Positions 6,964-13,625 of a DNA stretch of 13,625 nucleotides are shown here, one piece after another (positions within the stretch are counted from its first letter, which is position 1; every line of letters starts with the position of its first letter). The translations under genes were made by a program, and so were the position numbers. The stretch is from positions 1 through 13,625 of the IMG/VR virus record IMGVR_UViG_2681813234_000008. One strand, written 5' to 3'. The notes below the pieces were generated by a model, which saw nothing but the letters and a program-made list of their open reading frames with translations, did not search any database and was not told where the DNA came from. Origin of the DNA: a virus (Duplodnaviria; Heunggongvirae; Uroviricota; Caudoviricetes).

Positions 6964-7017
6964 GGGGAAGAGGGAAAGGGGGGAGGGGGGGGATTGGGTG
7001 CAGGGGTAGGAATAGGG
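6964..7017. repeat. G-rich polypurine tract with runs G4, G3, G6, G8, G3, G4, G3
   Basis: Read directly: GGGGAAGAGGGAAAGGGGGGAGGGGGGGGATTGGGTGCAGGGGTAGGAATAGGG. The first 30 nt are pure purine. It sits inside a 428-bp intergenic region. Confidence 0.9.
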
Positions 7018-7279
7018 ACTTTTCCAACAGGAGAGAGCCATTGGTTAAGTAGATCACTGTCTTAAGGGCGCAATTTAAAAAAACGCCTGTATCAGCAAGA
7101 TAGTACAAGGCGCTCAGGCGCTGAGAAACGAAAAAGGGTTCTTCCTGGAAGAGTGTTTTTCAGGGGAACTGAATCTGAAGGGAGGCTGGCAGCCTTTGGG
7201 GAGGCCACCAGCCATGTGAGGGGGAATCCATGAAAACCACATCACAAAATTATTATCTCATCAGCACTGGAGCAAAACA

Positions 7280-8932
7280 ATGGAGCTGACGATCACGCCG
7301 AATTTTGCACAGGAACGAGCGTTAAACATGTTGCGTCGTGACTGGAAGGCAAATGACACCTTCATGGTGTATTCGCCAACTGGTAGCGGTAAAACCGGTT
7401 TGGCCGCTTTCATCGTTGCAGGGTTTGTCAGCCGTGGTATGCGCGTTCTGTTTTGTGCACCGTACACTATCCTGATTGGTCAGACGGCTAATCGCTTCGT
7501 GGAGTACGGGTTACCGGAGGATGAAATCGGTTATATCTGGGCGGATCACCCGAACTACGATCCGGACCGGAAAATTCAGATTGCCAGCGCCGACACGCTT
7601 ATTCGTCGTGTTTTTCCTGAAAATATTGATCTGCTGATTATCGACGAAGCACACCTGCGTAAAAAACGCATCCTGAAGGATATCGAACGTCTGCGCGGCA
7701 AAGGCGTAAAGGTGATTGGCCTGTCGGGTACTCCGTTTTCCCCGTTCCTGGGCAAATACTATGACCGACTAATTAAACCGACCACCATCGGCGAGTTAAT
7801 CCAGCGTGGCGATCTGAGTAAATACGAATTTTATGCGCCAACAAAGCCGGATCTGAAAGGCGTAAAAACCAAGTCTTCACTTGAGTACGGCAACGATTAT
7901 AACGAAGCTCAACTGGCTGAAATCATGTGCGGCTCTACGCTGGTGGGCGACATCGTACAGAACTGGCTGGAGAATGGCCGGGATCTGCCGACAATCGCGT
8001 TCTGCGTCAACGTAGCCCATGCTAATTTTCTGACAATCCAGTTTAACCAGGCTGGCATTAACGCTGAGGTCATGACCGCCAACACGCCAGTGGATGAGCG
8101 TCAGACCATCATTCACCGCTTTGAAACTGGTGCAACGAAAATCATCGTTAGTGTGGGCGTTCTGGTGGCTGGCTTCGATAGTGACGTTCGTTGCATCATC
8201 TACGCCAGGCCAACAAAAAGTGAAATTCGCTGGCTGCAGGCGATTGGGCGCGGCCTGCGCACAGCGCCGGGTAAAGAATCTTGTCTCATATTCGATCACA
8301 GTGGCACCGTACACCGCCTCGGTTACCCGGATTCTATCGAGTATGACGATCTCCCCGGTAAGTCTGATGGCATGGAGGAAAGTGCGCGCCGTGCAGCTGA
8401 GGAGCGGGCCGAAAAACTCCCCCATGAATGTTCTCAATGCCACTACATGAAACCCGCTGGTGTCTACGTCTGCCCGAAATGCGGGCATAAGCCGTTGGGT
8501 GGTGAGGATGTCGATACCGATACCGGGCGCAAACTTAAAAAGCTGGGTAAAAATCAGCATCTATCGACAAAGGCAGAGAAACAGGCTTGGTGGAGCCAGA
8601 TCAAATTTTATCAGCGCCAGCGCGTATCGCAGGGGAAAAAGCCCGTTAGTGATGGCTGGTGCGCTCACATTTTCCGGGAGAAGTTCGGCGAATGGCCGGA
8701 TAACCTGAGTGATTTCCCGATGGAAATTACCCCGGAGGTAAGCAACTACATCAGATACAAACTCATCAGGTTTGCGAAAGGGCAAAAACGCCCCCCTCAA
8801 CCACAGACAGAATCTCATCATGCAGGCGCATTGCCGCTAGGTTGTGCCGCAATTTACGAGCTCCCTGAGAACTGCCCGACTAAGGCAATTATCAACGCCA
8901 AACAGCAACTTCAGAAAAATGTAGTGGTGTGA
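7280..8932 (+). CDS. Superfamily-2 DEAD/DEAH-type helicase with C-terminal zinc ribbon (replication module)
   Basis: Walker A SPTGSGKTG, motif II LIIDEAH, motif III LSGTP, motif VI QAIGRGLR, and a C-terminal CSQCHYMKPAGVYVCPKCGH. GGAG SD upstream of the ATG. Confidence 0.85.
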   Translation: MELTITPNFAQERALNMLRRDWKANDTFMVYSPTGSGKTGLAAFIVAGFVSRGMRVLFCAPYTILIGQTANRFVEYGLPEDEIGYIWADHPNYDPDRKIQIASADTLIRRVFPENIDLLIIDEAHLRKKRILKDIERLRGKGVKVIGLSGTPFSPFLGKYYDRLIKPTTIGELIQRGDLSKYEFYAPTKPDLKGVKTKSSLEYGNDYNEAQLAEIMCGSTLVGDIVQNWLENGRDLPTIAFCVNVAHANFLTIQFNQAGINAEVMTANTPVDERQTIIHRFETGATKIIVSVGVLVAGFDSDVRCIIYARPTKSEIRWLQAIGRGLRTAPGKESCLIFDHSGTVHRLGYPDSIEYDDLPGKSDGMEESARRAAEERAEKLPHECSQCHYMKPAGVYVCPKCGHKPLGGEDVDTDTGRKLKKLGKNQHLSTKAEKQAWWSQIKFYQRQRVSQGKKPVSDGWCAHIFREKFGEWPDNLSDFPMEITPEVSNYIRYKLIRFAKGQKRPPQPQTESHHAGALPLGCAAIYELPENCPTKAIINAKQQLQKNVVV

Positions 8933-8937
8933 GTTTT

Positions 8938-9906
8938 ATGAAAACAGTAGATGCTGCGAAAGGCCGCTGGCCTGAAATTTTAGAGCATTTTGGTCTGCCA
9001 CCGATAACTGGAAAAAATCACTATAAAGGAGAATGCCCTGTATGCGGTGCGCGCGGAAAGTTGCGAATTGATGACCGTGACGGGCGTGGAACGTGGATTT
9101 GTACTTGCGGCAGCGGTGACGGTATGAAGCTTGTCACCCTGACACAGGGAAAACCATTCAATGAGGTTTGTAGGGAAATAGACCACCTGATCGGTAATGA
9201 TTTTCAGCGTGTAAAAATCCCGGTCAGCAGCAGCGCTACCAGCCTGCGTACAAAGGTTCTGAATAAGTTCGCGAAGCTGCAGCCGTTACGTGGCACTTCT
9301 GGTGCTGCGTATCTCAATGCGCGCGGCATTTTCAGTCTGCCGCTTGAAGCGATCCGTTTCAACGATAAGCAGCGCCATGCCGGGAGGGTGTATCAGTCGC
9401 TTTATTCCCTCGCCACCGATGATAAAGGGGAACTGTGCTATCTGCATCAGACATTACTCGATGGCCCCAAAAAAGCAGATATCGGTGCCAGTGCAAAGCG
9501 CCAAAAATCCCTGCAGGAAGATAACTATCTTGATCACGCCCGTTCAGTAGCGATCCGGATGTTCCCGGTAGCCAGCACACTTGGCATCGCCGAAGGCATC
9601 GAAACGGCTCTGTCAGCGCACCAGATTTACAACGTAAACACCTGGGCAACTATGACGGCTAACTTCATGAAGAAATTTCGTGTTCCGGCTGGCGTTAAGC
9701 ACCTGATTATTTTTGCTGACCGTGACGAAAACAGTGCCACCGGATTGGCAGCGGCCTATGAATGCGCTCATGCCAATCTGCTGGCAAAGAATGACCTGCA
9801 GCGCGTGAGCGTGTACTGGCCCGATCACGATGATTTTAACAACATGCTCATGAACGGCGATCAGGTTCGTGAGCTGGTTTTCTACAAGAAAAAGGCGACT
9901 GCGTAA
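8938..9906 (+). CDS. DNA primase, N-terminal zinc ribbon plus TOPRIM-like domain
   Basis: CPVCGARGKLRIDDRDGRGTWICTCG zinc-binding motif and an acidic TOPRIM-like motif LIIFADRDENSATG. Coupled to the helicase stop; the track start is a GTG at 8929, and the ATG at 8938 is preferred. Confidence 0.65.
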   Translation: MKTVDAAKGRWPEILEHFGLPPITGKNHYKGECPVCGARGKLRIDDRDGRGTWICTCGSGDGMKLVTLTQGKPFNEVCREIDHLIGNDFQRVKIPVSSSATSLRTKVLNKFAKLQPLRGTSGAAYLNARGIFSLPLEAIRFNDKQRHAGRVYQSLYSLATDDKGELCYLHQTLLDGPKKADIGASAKRQKSLQEDNYLDHARSVAIRMFPVASTLGIAEGIETALSAHQIYNVNTWATMTANFMKKFRVPAGVKHLIIFADRDENSATGLAAAYECAHANLLAKNDLQRVSVYWPDHDDFNNMLMNGDQVRELVFYKKKATA

Positions 9907-10766
9907 TGCGTACAGATAACAACGAACATAAAGCACTATTCACCATCCCGACGGCAGCGCATAGCTCCGCCCTGGCAAACATCAAGCCTCTGCCTGAGCA
10001 ACAGAGAATCACCGGGCATAAACAGACCGATGCCTATCTGTGGGTACTGGAGGTCATCCGCCTGAACGAACCGGCACATCTGGACGCTGCAGAAGCAGCG
10101 CTGGAGAAAATTAAAATCTCTCCAAAAGAGGCCGAGGAGCGGTATTCCCGTTATCTGCTGGCGAATGGCTGTGATCCTTTCCAGGCAGCTTTCGGTACTA
10201 TCGGTATGGATAATCCAGCGAGAGCCATTGAAAATGCGCGTAAGAACATCAAGAAAGCTGCTGATGTTCGCGCTACGTTCGGCAGCTATGAGGCTGCGAT
10301 GGAGGACGTAGAGGCCGAGCGAGTGATCAGGTCTTCCCAAAAATTTACTGATGATTACCTGTGGGGCTGGACCGCAGACGAAAAGAGAGACGGAAGCATT
10401 AACGGCAGTCGTATGAATGAAATTGATGATCAGCGTCGCGCATATGTTGATGGCTATCGTGACGTTCTGCCAGAGCCTCATACACTGTCAGATGTTGTTC
10501 GTGAATTTGTTTACTGGGACTGGCTTTACAACGTTCGCCGTACTGCTGGCCAGGAACTCGGCTACGACTTTGGTTATTCCGAACACCATGAGTCTGTATA
10601 CGACCGTGAGCGATACCTGGAAAAATTACTGGCAACCATCAAACCGGTGACACGCGCTGAAGCTGTGGAGGTGTGCCGCTGGTTTCTGGCAAGCGGAAAG
10701 GACGAATACATGGAAGACAACGGGGCGGCAGTCATTCTTAATCTGGTTGGAGAGTGCGAACAATGA
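9906..10766 (+). CDS. Hypothetical protein (286 aa)
   Basis: ATG overlaps the primase stop (TAATG). Codon usage matches the replication module. No recognisable domain. Confidence 0.6.
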   Translation: MRTDNNEHKALFTIPTAAHSSALANIKPLPEQQRITGHKQTDAYLWVLEVIRLNEPAHLDAAEAALEKIKISPKEAEERYSRYLLANGCDPFQAAFGTIGMDNPARAIENARKNIKKAADVRATFGSYEAAMEDVEAERVIRSSQKFTDDYLWGWTADEKRDGSINGSRMNEIDDQRRAYVDGYRDVLPEPHTLSDVVREFVYWDWLYNVRRTAGQELGYDFGYSEHHESVYDRERYLEKLLATIKPVTRAEAVEVCRWFLASGKDEYMEDNGAAVILNLVGECEQ

Positions 10767-10906
10767 GACTTGAGGCATCGCTAAAACATTTCAACTTTCA
10801 GGGGAGCGCACAGGACTCTTCCAATGCAGCAGCCACAGCCGCGCAGATACAGCAACAAACGAACTGACAGCAGTAAGATGGAGCGTTTCTTTTGAACAAC
10901 CAGACA

Positions 10907-11149
10907 ATGACTTTTACCCCTGAACAATTACGCAAACAGGCGCAGGAAATGCTGCGACAGGCGGAACAACTGGAAAAATCAGGCGTAACAAAAGATGCCA
11001 TTCGTCGGGATATGGTACCCGCGCTCAGAGAACTGATGCAGGCAAAACACCGCGCACAAAAAGCGGTGGATGAGCTGGTGGATTGTGTGGCAGAGCTGGA
11101 AACAAAAGTTGGAAAATTTGAAAAATTGGTGCAGGGGGTACTGCGTTGA
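10907..11149 (+). CDS. Hypothetical small coiled-coil protein (80 aa)
   Basis: Track ORF starts at a TTG; trimmed to the first ATG. Charged, helix-prone sequence (EQLRKQAQEMLRQAEQLEK). Its stop overlaps the rusA start. Confidence 0.45.
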   Translation: MTFTPEQLRKQAQEMLRQAEQLEKSGVTKDAIRRDMVPALRELMQAKHRAQKAVDELVDCVAELETKVGKFEKLVQGVLR

Positions 11150-11520
11150 TGCGCTTAGAGTGTGTTTTACCTTACCCACCGACGGTGAACACCTACTGGC
11201 GTCGTCGTGGCAGCACATATTTTGTATCAAAAGCAGGGGAGCGTTATCGCCGGGATGTGGCGCTTATTGTTCGCCAGCAGCGACTGAAATTAAACCTGTC
11301 CGGAAGGCTGGCAATAAAAATTATTGCAGAGCCGCCGGATAAGCGCCGTCGTGACCTGGACAATATTCTGAAAGCACCACTGGATGCGCTGACGCATGCC
11401 GGACTACTTATAGACGACGAGCAGTTTGATGAAATCAATATTGTGCGCGGACTGCCTGTTCCTGGTGGGCGGTTGGGCGTGAAGATTTACGAAATTACAG
11501 GTGATAACGATGGTGCGTGA
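11149..11520 (+). CDS. rusA: Holliday-junction resolvase RusA family
   Basis: Matches the RusA pattern ([40 protein letters not shown]), including the acidic catalytic residues. Typical Nin-region position. Confidence 0.8.
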   Translation: MRLECVLPYPPTVNTYWRRRGSTYFVSKAGERYRRDVALIVRQQRLKLNLSGRLAIKIIAEPPDKRRRDLDNILKAPLDALTHAGLLIDDEQFDEINIVRGLPVPGGRLGVKIYEITGDNDGA

Positions 11521-11896
11521 TATTCAGCAGGTTATGGAGCGGTGGGGATCATGGGCTGCGAACAATCACGAAGATGTGTCATGGGCGTCAATCGCTGCTG
11601 GTTTTAAAGGATTAATCCCGCCGAAAGTGAAATCACGCCCTCAGTGTTCTGATGATGATGCAATGATAATTTGTGGCTGTATGGCCCGGTTGAACAAGAA
11701 AAATCAGGATTTGCACGATTTGTTGGTGGATTATTACGTAGGTGGAATGACTTTTATGGGGTTGGCACGAAAGCATGGGTGTTCGGATACCTGTATTGGC
11801 AAGCGCCTGCAGAAAGCGGAAGGGGTTATTGATGGCATGTTGATGATGCTTGATATCCGACTAGAGATGGACAGATACGTAGAACGAATCATGTAG
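11510..11896 (+). CDS. Late-gene antiterminator Q (phage 82/DLP12 QuuD-like family)
   Basis: Motifs [21 protein letters not shown] and Cys cluster [16 protein letters not shown]. Immediately followed by a promoter-plus-terminator unit. Start placed at the ATG at 11510, which has an AGGTGA SD. Confidence 0.7.
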   Translation: MVRDIQQVMERWGSWAANNHEDVSWASIAAGFKGLIPPKVKSRPQCSDDDAMIICGCMARLNKKNQDLHDLLVDYYVGGMTFMGLARKHGCSDTCIGKRLQKAEGVIDGMLMMLDIRLEMDRYVERIM

Positions 11897-11900
11897 GAGC

Positions 11901-11930
11901 TTGACCAGACACATTGTCCGGGGCTATATT
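11901..11930 (+). promoter_or_regulatory. Candidate late promoter pR' (-35 TTGACC, 18-bp spacer, -10 TATATT)
   Basis: Near-consensus sigma-70 hexamers 5 nt after the Q stop, followed by short hairpins and an intrinsic terminator about 75 nt downstream. Confidence 0.45.
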
Positions 11931-11990
11931 CCTCACGCGCCAGCAAAATCTGGCGTCGGGATTGGCGTCCCGGATGAAAAAGGCGACAAC

Positions 11991-12012
11991 AGACGCGCCA
12001 GCGTCTTTTTTG
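11991..12012 (+). terminator. Intrinsic terminator (tR'-like)
   Basis: Stem AGACGC / GCGTCT with loop GCCA, followed by TTTTTT. Confidence 0.5.
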
Positions 12013-12169
12013 TTGTCGTTTGCACTGTCACATCTCAATGGTGGGCTGTGTGGGGGCGGAGCGATCCGCGCCGGTTCCTTTTTCCCGGTTACGCCAACCC
12101 TGCACAGTTCACCACCATACTGATTGGCGTCAGCAGTGGTGATGATTCACATAGAAAAAGGATCATCCT

Positions 12170-12658
12170 ATGGCTATTCAAATCTCAGTTGAAACTCTTT
12201 CCCCGATCACCCATAACCAAATCCCTGTCATTACTACCGAGCTTTTGGCACAACTTTATGGCACCGAAACTAATAACATCAAAGTGAACTATACACGCAA
12301 TGCCGAGCGTTTTGTTTGTGGGAAACACTACTTCAAATTGGAAGGGGCTGAGTTGCGGGAATTTAAGAACAAGGTTACTCAAAGTAACTTAGTTGCACCG
12401 CGTACAAAGCACCTCATCCTCTGGACAGAACGCGGAGCAGCCCGTCACGCCAAAATGCTGGAAACCGATCAGGCGTGGGAAGTGTTCGAAAAACTGGAAG
12501 ACTGTTATTTCAGCCAAAAACAACCACCAGCAGCACAAAACACCCCAACCCAAAATGATGGATGCGCATTACTGATCCACTTCGATAAACACGGTCAGGT
12601 CGACTTCACGGAAAAACTACCCGCCGATGCGATGGTATGCACTCTGGAACGGTTTTAA
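12170..12658 (+). CDS. ORF6N-domain protein (antirepressor-like N-terminal domain family)
   Basis: Pattern LAQLYGTETNNIKVNYTRNAERFVCGKHYFKLEGAELREFKN ... LILWTERGAARHAKMLETDQAW is typical of ORF6N/KilA-N-like phage proteins. AGGA SD 7 nt upstream. Confidence 0.65.
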   Translation: MAIQISVETLSPITHNQIPVITTELLAQLYGTETNNIKVNYTRNAERFVCGKHYFKLEGAELREFKNKVTQSNLVAPRTKHLILWTERGAARHAKMLETDQAWEVFEKLEDCYFSQKQPPAAQNTPTQNDGCALLIHFDKHGQVDFTEKLPADAMVCTLERF

Positions 12659-12734
12659 AAATTTTCCCCGAACGCTTTACGATCGTAAAAAGTTGAATAT
12701 CCTGTTAAGAGTGGTTACTACGCCAAACAGCTTA

Positions 12735-12760
12735 AACCCGCCACTGAGCGGGTTTTTTTA
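12735..12760 (+). terminator. Intrinsic terminator
   Basis: AACCCGC / GCGGGTT stem with short loop, followed by TTTTTTT; lies 77 nt after the ORF6N gene stop. Confidence 0.6.
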
Positions 12761-12881
12761 TGCCTGAAAAACGGTACAGGACGTTAAACGCGCTGGTGGT
12801 TGCGAATACTGGTCTTTCGGCTTGTATTTTTGTAAATCGATATATACTTATCTTGTGACCAGTAATGTCAGGGCAATTGAT

Positions 12882-13625
12882 ATGAATGAAGCTTGTTCTG
12901 TTGTTTTTGTTCATTCCCCGTTTGTTGTGCTCTTTGAAGGAAAAGAGCTCTCTCTGGAAAGTGGTAGTGCACTTCTTGTCAGGGGGGGAGCTGGATCGTT
13001 ATTGCCCTTTTCGGAATGTTTTCGGCGAATAAGTCTCAGTGAATCGACAATTATCCGTTACCTGTTGTGTGGAGACGAAAAACAGGATGTAGTTTTAGTC
13101 CGGCAAATACCACGATATCTTTGCGTGAGTTTTCCCAAGGCAGAATTGATGGGCATCCTGATTGATTATCTTTGTGAGGAAAAGATTCATACGGACAATT
13201 TAGCGGAAATGCTTTCCTTTTCGTGTCTGGCGTTTTTCTCATCAGAGAAAATGTTTTCGTCGTTTCTGACCGCGTGTATTGGCAATATTAGTGACAGGCT
13301 TAGTGCATTGTTTCGTACGGACATTGCAGCAAACTGGACTCTGAGAGATGTGTCTTCGCGGTTATGTATCAGTGAAAGTTTGTTAAAAAAAAGACTGAAA
13401 GAAGAAGGCACCTGTTTCAGTGAGTTGTTGCTTACAGAGAGAATGAGAATGGCAGCAATGCTGTTGAATCAATCTCGTTGCGCCATCAACAGAATCGCTG
13501 CTCAGTGTGGTTATAATTTTACATCTTATTTTATCAGCGTATTCAGGAGTTATTTTGGTGTTACACCGGCAGGTTACAGGATGGCTGCATTCAATGAGAT
13601 GAGTTTAAGTGTTACTCAAGAATAA
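12882..13625 (+). CDS. AraC/XylS-family transcriptional regulator, AppY/YdeO/GadX-like
   Basis: C-terminal AraC HTH (ESLLKKRLKEEGTCFSELLLTERMRMAAMLL ... CGYNFTSYFISVFRSYFGVTPAGY). N-terminus MNEACSVVFV resembles AppY as recalled from memory. Track start is a TTG at 12822; the ATG at 12882 is preferred. AT-rich gene. Confidence 0.8.
   Translation: MNEACSVVFVHSPFVVLFEGKELSLESGSALLVRGGAGSLLPFSECFRRISLSESTIIRYLLCGDEKQDVVLVRQIPRYLCVSFPKAELMGILIDYLCEEKIHTDNLAEMLSFSCLAFFSSEKMFSSFLTACIGNISDRLSALFRTDIAANWTLRDVSSRLCISESLLKKRLKEEGTCFSELLLTERMRMAAMLLNQSRCAINRIAAQCGYNFTSYFISVFRSYFGVTPAGYRMAAFNEMSLSVTQE

Larger units (their letters stand above)
75..13625. mobile_element. Lambdoid-type prophage segment (integration, accessory, immunity, replication, Nin/Q modules); boundaries not defined within the window
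   Basis: Gene order int-xis / accessory / repressor-cro / helicase-primase / RusA-Q matches lambdoid architecture. No att site or flanking host gene is visible, and no lysis or structural genes are present. Confidence 0.75.

Noticed and set aside
7230-7289. 19-codon upstream ORF with GAGGGGG SD overlapping the helicase start
   Set aside because: Too short to call as a gene without conservation data; kept only as a note under the replication-module finding.
7877-8560. 227-aa minus-strand ORF, along with 8094..8450, 8460..8708 and 8561..8821
   Set aside because: All lie inside the helicase gene, which carries complete SF2 motifs on the plus strand; treated as antisense or frame artefacts.
75-9906. 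P4-like satellite or phage-inducible chromosomal island interpretation
   Set aside because: Considered because of integrase plus a primase/helicase, but the divergent CI/Cro-type switch, RusA, Q antiterminator and pR'/tR' unit point to a lambdoid prophage; no Sid, Psu, Delta or capsid-redirection genes were seen.
9936-10481. 181-aa minus-strand ORF, along with 9613..9936, 9359..9649 and 10399..10635
   Set aside because: Antisense to the primase and 286-aa genes, which are tightly coupled on the plus strand; no independent support.
11901-12287. 128-aa plus-strand ORF (and 11914..12123) after Q
   Set aside because: Spans the predicted late promoter, hairpins and terminator; more consistent with a non-coding leader than a protein.
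12822-12881. N-terminal extension of the AraC regulator and of other track ORFs that begin at TTG or GTG
   Set aside because: The track allows TTG/GTG starts (12822, 10892, 11146, 11501, 8929, 6528); in each case a nearby in-frame ATG with a better SD or stop-start coupling was preferred.
1-13625. tRNA, rRNA, CRISPR array or IS element
   Set aside because: No cloverleaf-like T-arm motifs, no regularly spaced direct repeats and no transposase-like ORF or terminal inverted repeats were seen on manual inspection.

Overview
The window reads as the early half of a lambdoid (Rac/DLP12-like) prophage in an enterobacterial chromosome; all calls are by eye from the sequence and ORF track, with no database search run. 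Leftward: a tyrosine integrase and excisionase-like gene, then about 4.5 kb of AT-rich accessory genes. These include an HflK/HflC-like SPFH inner-membrane lipoprotein with small membrane partners, an ATGA-coupled 62-aa/193-aa pair of unknown function, and an HTH protein plus 121-aa protein in the position lambda uses for rexAB. Centre: a divergent repressor/Cro switch with a family of 14-bp TCAA-N6-TTGA palindromes. Rightward: an SF2 helicase and zinc-ribbon/TOPRIM primase, a Nin-like region with RusA and a Q-type antiterminator, and a candidate pR'/tR' unit. Where lysis genes would follow, there is instead an ORF6N-domain protein and an AppY-like AraC regulator. No tRNA, rRNA, CRISPR array or IS element was recognised. 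The best candidates for an undescribed system are the SPFH membrane module, the coupled 62/193-aa pair and the rex-position genes.
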